From Candidatus Woesearchaeota archaeon (GTDB lineage Archaea; Nanobdellota; Nanobdellia; Pacearchaeales; GW2011-AR1): 24,654 nucleotides of DNA. Below, piece by piece: positions 1-8,968 of this stretch. The notes under the pieces were generated by a model. It saw nothing but the letters and a program-made list of their open reading frames with translations. It was not told the DNA's origin and did not search any database. Positions within the stretch are counted from its first letter, which is position 1, and each line of letters opens with the position of its first letter. The stretch lies in NCBI GenBank assembly GCA_964384935.1, contig CAYLLQ010000003.1:1-24654 (forward strand). Reading direction: 5' to 3'. The position numbers and the translations under genes are program-made.

Positions 1-663
1 TGTTGTAGTTGTTCAAATGCTAACAATGAAAGAATTGCAAAAGAAATTGGATATAATGAAGAAGAGTTGAAAGTTCCTGGGAATCTTGGTTTGGGATGTG
101 GAAATCCTATTGCTCTTTCTAGTATGAAAGAAGGGGACAGAGTTTTAGATTTGGGAAGCGGGGCAGGTTTTGATTGTTTCTTAGCGTCTAAAAAAGTTGG
201 GAAAACGGGAAAAGTAATTGGAGTAGATATGACAATTGAAATGATTCAAAAAGCAAGAGATAATGCATTAAAGAATAATTATTCTAATGTTGAATTTAAA
301 CTTGGAGAAATAGAAAACTTGCCAATTGAAGATGAGTCAATAGATGTAATAATTTCTAACTGCGTTATTAATCTGTCTCCAGAAAAAGAAAAAGTTTTCA
401 AAGAAGCAAGAAGGGTCTTGAAAAATTCGGGAAAGATGTATATTTCGGATATTGTTTTATTAAATGATTTAGATGAAGAAAAGAAAAATAATCCGGAATT
501 ATTGTGTGGTTGTGTTGGAGGAGCTCTCTTAAAGGAAGATTATCTAAAAATTGTTAAAGATGCTGGATTTAAATTTAAAATACTTGGTGAAGATACAGGA
601 ATAAGTAAAAAGCAGTACTCAGGCATTCCGTTGGAGAGTTTAAAATTGGAGTTGGTAAAATGA
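1..663 (+). CDS. arsM: Arsenite methyltransferase (5'-partial)
   Basis: The frame is open from base 1 (CCSCSN...GYNEEEL), so the real start is upstream of the window. Motifs [29 protein letters not shown] and CGCVGGA are typical of ArsM. Confidence 0.88.
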   Translation, partial: CCSCSNANNERIAKEIGYNEEELKVPGNLGLGCGNPIALSSMKEGDRVLDLGSGAGFDCFLASKKVGKTGKVIGVDMTIEMIQKARDNALKNNYSNVEFKLGEIENLPIEDESIDVIISNCVINLSPEKEKVFKEARRVLKNSGKMYISDIVLLNDLDEEKKNNPELLCGCVGGALLKEDYLKIVKDAGFKFKILGEDTGISKKQYSGIPLESLKLELVK

Positions 664-872
664 AAAACACTGAATGCGTGATCTACGCTAAAAGTAAAAA
701 CAAGATAGTGCAAACTATCTATAAAACTAAGAAGGGGTGGATGCAAAAAAGTGCAAAGGGCAATTTTTTCCCAATGACTGCTGAACAAGTATTATCCCAT
801 ATTCTTCCCCCTCTTGCAGGAAAGAGTAAAGCTATTTTAGAAGTAAAACCCAAGAAGATAAAGAAAAAATGA
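660..872 (+). CDS. Hypothetical basic protein (70 aa)
   Basis: ATGA overlaps with both neighbouring genes indicate translational coupling; no recognised domain. Confidence 0.6.
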   Translation: MKNTECVIYAKSKNKIVQTIYKTKKGWMQKSAKGNFFPMTAEQVLSHILPPLAGKSKAILEVKPKKIKKK

Positions 873-1093
873 AAAAACAAAAAAAACAACTATCAAAAAA
901 GATGACCTTTGCAGAATTGCTTAAAGAAATTCCTGAATCAGCAGAGGTTTTAATGGAGGCTGGAATGCATTGTTTCGGTTGTCCTATGTCTCAAATGGAA
1001 TCGATTGAAGAGGGTGCAATGGCGCACGGGTTTTCTAAGAAAGAAATTGATGAATTAATTAAAAAGATTGAAAAAGTTGGAGGGAAGAAATGA
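869..1093 (+). CDS. DUF1858 (hybrid-cluster-associated redox disulfide) domain protein
   Basis: [23 protein letters not shown] motif. Confidence 0.8.
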   Translation: MKKQKKQLSKKMTFAELLKEIPESAEVLMEAGMHCFGCPMSQMESIEEGAMAHGFSKKEIDELIKKIEKVGGKK

Positions 1094-1473
1094 ACAACGA
1101 ATACACAAAAAAATTATTGAAAAGATTTCAGAATCCTAAATTTGTAAAGGATGTTAAAAATGCTGACGCAGTCGGAGAGGTGGGGAGTGCCGGGTGCGGC
1201 GATATAATGAAATTATCCATGAAAATTGATTCTAAAACTAAAAAAATAAAAGACATCGGATTCAAAACTTTTGGTTGCGGAGCAGCAATTGCAGCTTCAG
1301 ACGTTGTTTGTGAATTATCAAAGGGTAAAACTTTGGACGAAGCTAGAAAAATAACCAAAGACGATATTGTAAAAGAGCTTGGAGGAATGCCTCGAATAAA
1401 AATTCATTGTTCTATTTTAGGAATTGAGGCTTTGAATAAAGCAATAAAAGAGTATGAGGACAAACATGAATAA
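1090..1473 (+). CDS. iscU: Fe-S cluster scaffold, IscU/NifU N-terminal family
   Basis: Three conserved Cys motifs: [24 protein letters not shown]. Confidence 0.9.
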   Translation: MNNEYTKKLLKRFQNPKFVKDVKNADAVGEVGSAGCGDIMKLSMKIDSKTKKIKDIGFKTFGCGAAIAASDVVCELSKGKTLDEARKITKDDIVKELGGMPRIKIHCSILGIEALNKAIKEYEDKHE

Positions 1474-1696
1474 ATCCAAATTACTCTATTGGACAGATGT
1501 TGGAATGGGACTTTCCTTTCTGGTTGTTTTTATAACAGGTATTATCAAACTAGAGCATCCTAGAGAAGTAATGTTTCTCCATGACTGGTCTGGAGTTTTA
1601 ATGGGAATCTTTGTTTTGTTGCACTTGATTTTACACTTGAAATGGATATTTGTCATGACTAAGGGTTTAATTATTCAAGGGGAAGTAAAAAAATAA
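1466..1696 (+). CDS. DUF4405 family membrane protein
   Basis: Two hydrophobic helices with LHDWSG...LLHLILHLKW. ATG 1466 is preferred over 1454 because it gives a shorter overlap with iscU. Confidence 0.72.
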   Translation: MNKSKLLYWTDVGMGLSFLVVFITGIIKLEHPREVMFLHDWSGVLMGIFVLLHLILHLKWIFVMTKGLIIQGEVKK

Positions 1697-1700
1697 TATA

Positions 1701-2186
1701 ATGGAAAATAAAAATGTTGGTTGGTTGATTATTGGAATTGCAGTTGTAATGACTATTTTGGTTCTTTTGTTTAATTCTGTATTAAAGGACAATCTGGGGT
1801 TGACTTGTTCACACGGGCCGACATGTGAAATGTATTCTGACCTGAAAGTTCAAACATGGATTAGCTTGAGTATTGTAGGAGTTATTCTTGCAATTGGAAT
1901 ATTTTTATTGTTTTCTAAACCTAAAGAAAAAATTGTAGAAACAATCAAGTACAAAACTAAAACAATTCAGGAAAAGAAAAAACCTTTGAATTTAGATGGA
2001 TTGGACGCAAAAGAAAAAGAAGCTGTTGAATTGTTAGTAAAAGAGGGTGGAATGTTTCAAAAGACATTGATGGAAAAGCTTGGAACAGGTAAAGTTGGTA
2101 TGACAAGAATGTTGGACAAACTAGAAGCAAAGCAGATTATTGAAAGAAAAAGACGTGGAATGAATAATTTCATAGTACTGAAGTAA
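1701..2186 (+). CDS. Membrane-anchored winged-HTH (MarR-like) protein
   Basis: Two transmembrane segments flank CSHGPTC; C-terminal wHTH QKTLMEKLGTGKVGMTRMLDKLEAKQIIERKRRG. Confidence 0.72.
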   Translation: MENKNVGWLIIGIAVVMTILVLLFNSVLKDNLGLTCSHGPTCEMYSDLKVQTWISLSIVGVILAIGIFLLFSKPKEKIVETIKYKTKTIQEKKKPLNLDGLDAKEKEAVELLVKEGGMFQKTLMEKLGTGKVGMTRMLDKLEAKQIIERKRRGMNNFIVLK

Positions 2187-2251
2187 TTATTCATTCCGTG
2201 GTTCTCGCTTCGTTGTGGATACAAAGTAAACTTTGCATAAGGAATGAATAA
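2187..2251 (+). ncRNA. Candidate structured element, copy 1 (three-way junction)
   Basis: Perfect 11-bp stem TTATTCATTCC/GGAATGAATAA encloses GTGGTTCTC-hairpin-TGTGGATA-CAAAG/TAAA/CTTTG-CATAA; the core is shared with 24482-24552. Strand is uncertain. Confidence 0.6.
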
Positions 2252-2269
2252 CTTTGTTGTTCTAAGGAA

Positions 2270-3706
2270 TTAAATTATCTTTTCTCCACCAATACAAAAA
2301 GAGCAAAAATGGTCTCTAGGTAATCCGGCTTTTTCAAAAGCATTAAACATTCCATTAACACTTAAGAAATGGACCTCTGCCCCAATTTGTTCCGATATTT
2401 CACTGTCTTCTCTATTTCTTTCTTGAACAGAATCTCGCACAACAAAATTATCCTCCGGGGGCATGTCTACTCCGTACAAACATCCTCTCTTTATTCCGTC
2501 TTCTCCAATTAGTCCTATCTTCGGGGTATAGTTTAATAAATAAATTTTTTTAACTCCAGCATTTTTCAAAACTTCAATGGCTCTTTTGGAGTTATTTCCT
2601 CTGATAGTTGAATCATCGATTAAAATAATTGTCTTATCTTTTAAAAAAGTTTTAGAACTTGTATCAAATGTTTCTGGAATTAAATACAAATTATCTTGGA
2701 TGGAGGTTTTTCTTTCCTCGGGAGTTGAACCCAAGAAAGCTCTTTCTCCTCGAGGCTTATAAAAAACATGCGCAAAAGGTATTTTTGTTTTTTGAGAATA
2801 CGCCCTAGCTGCAAACTCAGGGCATCGTGGAAGAAAGGTAACTAAATCTGCATCAATTTTAAATTCTTTAGCGAGTTCTTCTCCAAGAAATTCACGAACT
2901 TTTCTCACCGGAACCCCATTTATAATTGAATCAACACTCGAGACATAATTATATTCGAAAAAACAATATTTTGGAGTTGAAGTAATTACTTCTTCTTTGG
3001 TATAATCTCCTTCTGGAGAAAAATAATAAACACATCCGGGATCGATATCTTTCTTGTAACTCACTCCTTTTTCTCTAAAAAAGCAATCTTCAGAAGCCAT
3101 ACAATACTTTCCGTCTTTCCAACCTAAAATGCCCGGCTTTAATCCAAATCTATCTCTTAAGATTATAACATCTTTTCTATCTTTGCTTGCAATGGCTAGC
3201 GTGTAAGAACCGGGAATATTTTTTAAAATGCCTCTTTCCCCGTTGTCTTTAAAGTAATGTAAGAGTGCTTCTGTGTCGCATCCAGTTTTTAATTGAGTCT
3301 TATCTATTTTAGAAAAAAATTCTGGATTTATCTGTCCATTATGAACTCCAACTAAATCACAATCTCGAATAATGGTATGCCCTCCTCTTCTTTCTTCTAT
3401 CCCCCCAATGGTGTGTGGATGTGCATCTTCCAATATCTTATCCTTCCTTCCTCGAGTTGCATAACGAACATGTGCAAAAAAAGTATGATATTCATTTATA
3501 TTAAAAATTTTATATAAATCCTCCAAGTCAAACATCTCTACTTTTCCAACCCACTTAATAACATCTATTCTTTTGTTTCCAATAAATGCAATTCCAGTTG
3601 CTTCTCTTCCTCGGTGTTGTAACGATTTTATAAAAGAATAGATATCATGTAAACTATGTGCAACACAAAGTCCGCAGTTCTCTTTTAAGTTAAAACCCTC
3701 TGGCAT
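2270..3706 (-). CDS. purF: Amidophosphoribosyltransferase
   Basis: Short propeptide then CG (Ntn nucleophile), HVRYAT, HNGQ, PRPP-site ILIDDSTIRG, and Fe-S-type Cys residues CFFEY, GCLYGVD, CSFC. Confidence 0.88.
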   Translation of the reverse strand: MPEGFNLKENCGLCVAHSLHDIYSFIKSLQHRGREATGIAFIGNKRIDVIKWVGKVEMFDLEDLYKIFNINEYHTFFAHVRYATRGRKDKILEDAHPHTIGGIEERRGGHTIIRDCDLVGVHNGQINPEFFSKIDKTQLKTGCDTEALLHYFKDNGERGILKNIPGSYTLAIASKDRKDVIILRDRFGLKPGILGWKDGKYCMASEDCFFREKGVSYKKDIDPGCVYYFSPEGDYTKEEVITSTPKYCFFEYNYVSSVDSIINGVPVRKVREFLGEELAKEFKIDADLVTFLPRCPEFAARAYSQKTKIPFAHVFYKPRGERAFLGSTPEERKTSIQDNLYLIPETFDTSSKTFLKDKTIILIDDSTIRGNNSKRAIEVLKNAGVKKIYLLNYTPKIGLIGEDGIKRGCLYGVDMPPEDNFVVRDSVQERNREDSEISEQIGAEVHFLSVNGMFNAFEKAGLPRDHFCSFCIGGEKII

Positions 3707-3791
3707 AATCTTAAACTAAAAAGGTGTTTTTTATAGATTGTTGTGATAAACATTTAACTAGAATTTGGTTAGAATGCCCGAAAGGTATTAT

Positions 3792-3820
3792 GAAACTAGT
3801 TTCTCCAAAGCGCATATAAT
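3792..3820 (+). promoter_or_regulatory. Palindromic operator/promoter element, copy 1
   Basis: Perfect palindrome GAAACTAGTTTC followed by TCC...TATAAT; AACTAGTTTCTCC recurs at 6058-6070. Confidence 0.5.
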
Positions 3821-3841
3821 GTACCTTTTTCTAGTTTGTTT

Positions 3842-5293
3842 ATGAAAAAAACATTTTCGATTAAAGGGATGAGTTGTCAGTCGTGTGCTAATAGAATAAC
3901 TAGTTCATTAAAAGAAAAAGTAGATAAGATAGAAGTTGACTTTGTAAAAGAAAAAGCAAATATAGAATTTAATCCAGAAAAAATATCTGAAACTGAAATT
4001 AAAGAAATAGTTAAGAAACAAGGTTATGAATTTATTGAATCTGTTGGAAAAGAGATTAAAGCTCTAACCGAAAAAAATGGAAAGAATATTATTGGTTGGC
4101 TAGTTGTTGGGGGAAGCATCCTACTTTTTGCATATGTATTATATAGCCTATTTGGTTCTAATTTTTCTTTGCCCGAATTCGATTTTAATTCTTTAGGGGG
4201 AAACGCGTCTTTATTTTTATTGTTCTTTGCTGGGTTACTTACTGGTTTCCACTGTATTGCAATGTGTGGAGGATTTTTAGTTTCTTATACTGCTAAAAAC
4301 GCTATTAACGGGCACAAGTCTTTTTATCAGCATTTAGTTTATGGGGGAGCTAAAACGGTTTCATATACAATAATTGGGGCGCTGTTTGGATTGATAGGAA
4401 GCTTTTTTGTATTTTCTTCAACTCTTAGGGGAGGAATTGGTATTTTTGCGGGAGTTTTTATGGTCTTTTATGCCCTGAGTATGTTTGGTTTTAAATTCTT
4501 TAGAAAGTTTCAGTTTAACCCCAAGTTTTTGACAAGTATTGCCTCAAAGAAATATTCTGGAGCATATTTTGGACCAATGATGACTGGTTTACTTAATGGG
4601 TTATTTATTGCATGCGGTCCTTTGCAGGCGCTATATATCTATGCTGCTGGAACGGGAAGTCTGGTTCAGGGAGGATTAAGTTTAATGGCGTTCGGATTAG
4701 GAACTCTTCCGGTAATGCTCGGATTCGGAGGTTTTGCAAATGTAGTGAGTCACAATGCAACTAGAAAAATTTTGAAAGTATCTGCAATTATCGTTTTAAT
4801 CTTAGGATTAATTATGTTAAACAGGGGTTTGGCTTTAACTGGTTCAGGATATGACTACAAGAGTTTAATGGCTGGAACAAAAAATTTAGATGGTGTAAGT
4901 AATATTGTCTTAGACTCTGAAGGTTATCAGATAATAAAAATGGATGTTGATAAATACGGTTGGAGTCCAGATAATTTTGTTTTACAAAAAGGAGTTCCGG
5001 TCAAGTGGGTCATAAATGTTAAAGAATTGACTGGTTGTAATAATGCGATTCAAGCTCCTAAATTAAATTTAAAATTTGATTTGAAACAGGGAGAACAAAC
5101 AATTGAGTTTACTCCTGAAGAAGAGGGGGTTATACCTTGGAGTTGTTGGATGGGAATGATTCCAGGAACTTTTGTTGTAACTAGCGATGGAAGTGCAACG
5201 CAAGAACAAGTTAAAACCGCAACAGCACAAACAGCTTCTGCAGGAGGGAGTTGTGGGTGTGGTGGCGGAGGAAGTGGAACTTGTGGAGGGTAA
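3842..5293 (+). CDS. HMA + TauE/DsbD_2-type membrane domain + cupredoxin-like fusion
   Basis: GMSCQSC (HMA); GFHCIAMCGG and IACGP (DsbD_2/TauE); LTGCNN and WSCWMGM (cupredoxin-like); Cys/Gly tail. ATG 3842 is preferred over TTG 3836. Confidence 0.82.
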   Translation: MKKTFSIKGMSCQSCANRITSSLKEKVDKIEVDFVKEKANIEFNPEKISETEIKEIVKKQGYEFIESVGKEIKALTEKNGKNIIGWLVVGGSILLFAYVLYSLFGSNFSLPEFDFNSLGGNASLFLLFFAGLLTGFHCIAMCGGFLVSYTAKNAINGHKSFYQHLVYGGAKTVSYTIIGALFGLIGSFFVFSSTLRGGIGIFAGVFMVFYALSMFGFKFFRKFQFNPKFLTSIASKKYSGAYFGPMMTGLLNGLFIACGPLQALYIYAAGTGSLVQGGLSLMAFGLGTLPVMLGFGGFANVVSHNATRKILKVSAIIVLILGLIMLNRGLALTGSGYDYKSLMAGTKNLDGVSNIVLDSEGYQIIKMDVDKYGWSPDNFVLQKGVPVKWVINVKELTGCNNAIQAPKLNLKFDLKQGEQTIEFTPEEEGVIPWSCWMGMIPGTFVVTSDGSATQEQVKTATAQTASAGGSCGCGGGGSGTCGG

Positions 5294-5307
5294 AATGAAT
5301 TGTTTAA
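5291..5307 (+). repeat. 17-bp direct repeat, left copy
   Basis: TAAAATGAATTGTTTAA matches TAAAATGAACTGTTTAA at 6105-6121 in 16 of 17 positions. Confidence 0.5.
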
Positions 5308-5416
5308 AAACAAGAAAGTCTACGAAAGTTATCTAAACTATTTTGATCTTCTCTGGAAACAAGCCAAATCCTAAAAAACGGAACATTTTTATATGCCCTC
5401 CCCCTGTGTAATTCAT

Positions 5417-5491
5417 GCAGTAATATCGGCTTGGCGTTTCATCTCTTGATGGGACAAGGAGTGTTGCGGTTCTTCGAACCCTGGTTACTGC
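5417..5491 (-). ncRNA. Candidate structured RNA 3' of the RNase H-like gene
   Basis: GC-rich island. Closing stem GCAGTAA/TTACTGC with internal hairpins GGTTC-GAA-GAACC and CATC-AAGA-GATG (minus strand); begins 2 nt after the stop codon. Confidence 0.5.
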
Positions 5492-5493
5492 CA

Positions 5494-6015
5494 TTATTTT
5501 TTTATTAAATTTATTAGTTCTTCCGTCTTTAAATTTGTTTGTATATAATCTTTCAAATTATTTTTATCATTGTTCCTAAACGCCTTTCCTGCTTCGTCAA
5601 TAAGCGAAGGCTTTTCAAATTTTGTCCGGACAATATCCTCTAGTTTGAAACTAGGAATAAGTTTTATAAAATGATTAAACAGCATATATTTTATCTCGTG
5701 AAAATGACCATCAATATCATTACATAACTCTATCACAACTTCATCAACATATCCCAAATCTTTTATTGCTTTATTTATTAATTGAATAATTACTGCGGTA
5801 TGAAATCTTATTCTAAATCTATTTTTCTTAGCTTTCTCAGTTGGACCAAATATATTCAATTTCCCCCGTTTAAAATTTGAAATCACATCGTCCTTTAATT
5901 TTTGAGGAATATTGATTCCATAAATCTCTTTCTTATTTACAACCAAAATAACAGAATAATCTTTCTCAAATAAATCGCTTCCAGATTTATCTATTTGAAA
6001 TAAAGTTATCGCCAT
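5494..6015 (-). CDS. Hypothetical protein, possible RNase H-fold (DUF3800-like)
   Basis: N-terminal FQIDKSG resembles the DUF3800 (Y/F)xDESG strand; later acidic motifs LCNDIDG and SLIDEAG. The fold call is inference. Confidence 0.5.
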   Translation of the reverse strand: MAITLFQIDKSGSDLFEKDYSVILVVNKKEIYGINIPQKLKDDVISNFKRGKLNIFGPTEKAKKNRFRIRFHTAVIIQLINKAIKDLGYVDEVVIELCNDIDGHFHEIKYMLFNHFIKLIPSFKLEDIVRTKFEKPSLIDEAGKAFRNNDKNNLKDYIQTNLKTEELINLIKK

Positions 6016-6057
6016 TTTAGATGAAGAAGACCTAAATATTTTATAAATATATCTTGT

Positions 6058-6086
6058 AACTAGTTTCTCCCAAGGAGTTATATAAT
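6058..6086 (+). promoter_or_regulatory. Palindromic operator/promoter element, copy 2
   Basis: AACTAGTTTCTCC...TATAAT upstream of the small ORFs and copA; matches 3794-3806. Confidence 0.5.
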
Positions 6087-6104
6087 CTCTTAATCTCGGT
6101 TAAT

Positions 6105-6121
6105 TAAAATGAACTGTTTAA
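6105..6121 (+). repeat. 17-bp direct repeat, right copy
   Basis: See 5291-5307; contains the ATG of the 48-aa ORF. Confidence 0.5.
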
Positions 6122-6255
6122 TATGTAAAAAAGAAACCTACTCTGGAATAGGACATGGATGCAGACTGTGTGTAATGTCTTTAGAGAATAAAAGAAAAAC
6201 TTTTTGTTGCGGAGATTGTAAAGATAAATACTTGGAGATTAACGATGAGTTATGA
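6109..6255 (+). CDS. Small Cys-rich protein (48 aa; not in ORF track)
   Basis: MNCLICKKETYSGIGHGCRLCVMSLENKRKTFCCGDCKDKYLEINDEL, with CxxC, CxxC and CCxxC motifs; overlaps the next ORF. Confidence 0.65.
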   Translation: MNCLICKKETYSGIGHGCRLCVMSLENKRKTFCCGDCKDKYLEINDEL

Positions 6256-6415
6256 AAATTTTTGTGGAATGGGCAAATATTTAGTATTCGGAAGTTTTAT
6301 TAGTTGGACTATCCTAATTTTAATTATAGTTATACTTGTATTAATGCTATGGGTTTCTCACCGCTCGGTGTATCCCAAATTGCAGAATACGGGGGTAAAA
6401 CAAATAAGTAGGTAA
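6245..6415 (+). CDS. Small single-pass membrane protein (56 aa; not in ORF track) carrying an in-frame repeat insertion
   Basis: MSYENFCGMGKYLVFGSFISWTILILIIVILVLMLWVSHRSVYPKLQNTGVKQISR; long hydrophobic helix; ends 6 nt before copA. Confidence 0.65.
   Translation: MSYENFCGMGKYLVFGSFISWTILILIIVILVLMLWVSHRSVYPKLQNTGVKQISR
6359..6397 (+). repeat. Coding palindromic element, short copy A
   Basis: CACCGCTCGGTGTA-TCCCAAATTGCAGAATACGGGGGTA; lacks the central 30 nt of copies B and C. Confidence 0.75.
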
Positions 6416-6421
6416 AACAAA

Positions 6422-8701
6422 ATGACTAAAGTAACAATAAAAATAGATGGTATGACTTGTGCTTCGTGTGCAGGACATGTTAATAAAAGCCTTTCTAAAA
6501 TACCCGGAGTTAAAGTTAATAGTGTTAACGTGGTTATGGGAAAAGCTTTTCTAGAAGTAGAAGATGGAAAGAAGATTAGTGATGAGAAATTACGAGCTGC
6601 AGTAAAAGATGCAGGATACGAGCCGAAGGAGATTCAAAAAGAATCTTCGGCTTCTCAATCAAAAACAATGCACAGTTCTGAGCACACAAAGGTACAGAAT
6701 GAGGGGGCAGAAATTTCGGTATGGAAGAAAAAATTATTCGGAGTTTGGTTGTTTACAATTCCGATTGTGATAATTATGTATGGGGGTAAATTATTCGGAG
6801 GAGAAATTATTCCTATGATGTATATGACTCCAGTGTTACTTGTTTTATCGTTCCCAATTATTTTTGTTTTTGGTTTTCACACAGTTAAAATGGGATTGAG
6901 GGGATTTCTCAAATTCTATTTTGGAATGGATTCTTTGATTGCCTTGGGGACAATCATTGCTTATTTTACTGGAATTTTAACTTACTTTATAAATATAGAA
7001 AATTTTTCTGGAGTTTCCGGAATGATTATGACTATTTTTATCACGGGGAAATATATCGAAGCTAAAGCAAAGGGGAAAGCTACAGAAGAAATTAAAAAAC
7101 TTTTAGAGCTAGGAGCAAAGAGTGCGAGAATTCTTCGGGTTCCGCAAGGGGGTGACCCTAACGGGCCTAAAGAAGAAATTGAAGTTCCTATTTCAGAAAT
7201 TCAATTGGGAGACATTATGATTATAAAACCAGGAGAAAAAATTCCTACGGATGGAATTGTTTTCAAGGGAGAGAGTGCAGTGGATGAATCTATGATTACT
7301 GGTGAGAGTTTGCCAGTTGACAAAATTAAGGGTGCGCGGGTTATTGGGGCAACGATAAATCAAGATGGAATTCTTTATGTTAAAGCAACCAAAGTAGGAA
7401 AAGATACATTCTTAGCACATATTATAAAATTAGTTGAAGAGGCGCAAGGAACTAAAGTCCCAATTCAGGCGGTTGCAGATAAAATCACAAATATTTTTGT
7501 CCCAGTTATTTTAACAATTGCCGTTTTAACTTTTTTTGCTTGGATTTATTTTTCTAAAGATTTAGGGAGGTCTGTTGGAGTTGCAATTTCTGTTTTGGTT
7601 ATTGCTTGTCCGTGTGCTTTGGGTTTGGCTGTTCCAATTTCTTTAACAGTGGGTTCGGGTATGGGGGCCAAAAGAGGAATTTTAATTAGAAAAGGTGAGG
7701 CTATTCAAACAATGAAAGAGATTAAAACAATAGTCTTTGATAAAACTGGGACAATCACCGAAGGGAAACCAGTAGTTAGAGAGGTTTATTCAAAAAATGA
7801 AAAATATTTATTTGAAGTTGCTGGAAGTTTGGAAAAATTATCCGAGCATCCACTTTCAAAAGCAATTGTAAATTATTGGCACCGCTCGGTGTACGCCAAG
7901 GGGGCGCGAGAACCTCTCCGAGGCCCCAAATTGCGAAATGATGGGGCAAAATACCCCCTGAAGGTTAGTAAGTTCAAAATTTTAAGAGGAAGAGGAGTTG
8001 AAGGAATTATTGGGAGAAAAAATATTGTTATTGGAAATTCTACTTTAATGAAAGAAAAGAAAATTTCTTTGAAAGGTCTTGAGGAAAAAATCGAATCTTT
8101 TGAAGAAAAAGGTTATACTACGATGGCTGTTGCTGAAAATGGAAAAGTTTTAGGAATTATTGGTGTTGCTGATTCTGTTAAGAAAGATTCTATTGCTGCA
8201 ATTAGAGAATTAAAAAAACAAGGATACAAAACAATTATGATTACGGGGGACAATGAAAGAACAGCTAGAGCAATAGCAAAGGAAGTTGGAATCTCAGAGG
8301 TTATTGCGGGAGTTATGCCAGAAGACAAATCAAAGAAAGTTGAGGAGTTGCAAAAGACAGGAATGGTTGCATTTATTGGAGATGGGGTAAATGATGCACC
8401 AGCTTTGAAACAGTCAAATGTCGGAATTGCAATGGGAACTGGAACAGACATCGCGATTGAAGCGGGGGATATTGTTTTGGCTAAAGGAAGTTTAATGGGG
8501 GTTGTTCAAGGAATTAATTTAAGTAAAGCAACATTTTCAAAGATAAAGCAAAATTTATTCTGGGCATTTTTCTACAATTCAATTGCAATACCCTTAGCGA
8601 TTGGAGGGGTTCTAAATCCAGTTGTTGCAGAGTTAGCAATGGCTCTTTCAAGTATTAGCGTTATAACAAATGCAAATTTAATGAGGATGAAGAAGATATA
8701 A
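6422..8701 (+). CDS. copA: Cu(I)-translocating P1B-type ATPase
   Basis: GMTCASC, TGES, ACPCALG, DKTGT, SEHP, GDGVND, YN and MALSS motifs. Confidence 0.93.
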   Translation: MTKVTIKIDGMTCASCAGHVNKSLSKIPGVKVNSVNVVMGKAFLEVEDGKKISDEKLRAAVKDAGYEPKEIQKESSASQSKTMHSSEHTKVQNEGAEISVWKKKLFGVWLFTIPIVIIMYGGKLFGGEIIPMMYMTPVLLVLSFPIIFVFGFHTVKMGLRGFLKFYFGMDSLIALGTIIAYFTGILTYFINIENFSGVSGMIMTIFITGKYIEAKAKGKATEEIKKLLELGAKSARILRVPQGGDPNGPKEEIEVPISEIQLGDIMIIKPGEKIPTDGIVFKGESAVDESMITGESLPVDKIKGARVIGATINQDGILYVKATKVGKDTFLAHIIKLVEEAQGTKVPIQAVADKITNIFVPVILTIAVLTFFAWIYFSKDLGRSVGVAISVLVIACPCALGLAVPISLTVGSGMGAKRGILIRKGEAIQTMKEIKTIVFDKTGTITEGKPVVREVYSKNEKYLFEVAGSLEKLSEHPLSKAIVNYWHRSVYAKGAREPLRGPKLRNDGAKYPLKVSKFKILRGRGVEGIIGRKNIVIGNSTLMKEKKISLKGLEEKIESFEEKGYTTMAVAENGKVLGIIGVADSVKKDSIAAIRELKKQGYKTIMITGDNERTARAIAKEVGISEVIAGVMPEDKSKKVEELQKTGMVAFIGDGVNDAPALKQSNVGIAMGTGTDIAIEAGDIVLAKGSLMGVVQGINLSKATFSKIKQNLFWAFFYNSIAIPLAIGGVLNPVVAELAMALSSISVITNANLMRMKKI
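7136..7167 (+). repeat. GC-rich in-frame insertion in copA ([11 protein letters not shown])
   Basis: 23 of 32 bases are G/C; two mini-hairpins TCC-GCAA-GGG and CCC-TAAC-GGG, in the ARILR..EIEVP loop. Confidence 0.5.
7880..7947 (+). repeat. Coding palindromic element, copy B (in copA N-domain)
   Basis: 68 nt, 44 G/C; 48 of the first 51 nt are identical to copy C; encodes [22 protein letters not shown]. Confidence 0.9.
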
Positions 8702-8740
8702 ATTCACCACATTTAAAACCTCTTTTCTCGTATATTCCCC

Positions 8741-8968
8741 ATGGCGTATTATATGAAGAATTGTGGAAGATGTAAGAAAGAGACAAAACATTTAGTTTAC
8801 AAAAAGGTCGGAGATAAGGTTAAGTTAAAGTGCGTGAATTGCCGAAGAGTTTGTCTTAAAGAAAAAAATCTCCATGAAATAAAACATTCTAAGTTCAAGG
8901 AAAAAAAGAATCTCGGTCCAATTAAAAGTCTACTTTTGCATTACGAAGAATTATTTAAGAAAAAGTAA
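8741..8968 (+). CDS. Small Zn-ribbon-like hypothetical protein
   Basis: CGRC and CVNC pairs; preceded by TATA-like TTTAAAA at about 8712. Confidence 0.6.
   Translation: MAYYMKNCGRCKKETKHLVYKKVGDKVKLKCVNCRRVCLKEKNLHEIKHSKFKEKKNLGPIKSLLLHYEELFKKK

Noticed and set aside
2187-2251. HDV-like ribozyme, DnaA box or attC reading of the 3' element
   Set aside because: TYCTCG resembles L3 but P3 and P1 cannot form; TGTGGATAC is only a single near-match to a DnaA box; attC RYYYAAC/GTTRRRY ends are absent.
7880-7947. HDV-like ribozyme reading of the coding repeat (minus strand has GGGGC/GCCCC and CTCGG/CCGAG in pseudoknot order plus TTCTCGC)
   Set aside because: No P3 helix closes the L3-like segment, P4 and J4/2 are not recognisable, and P1 pairing is weakened in copy C.
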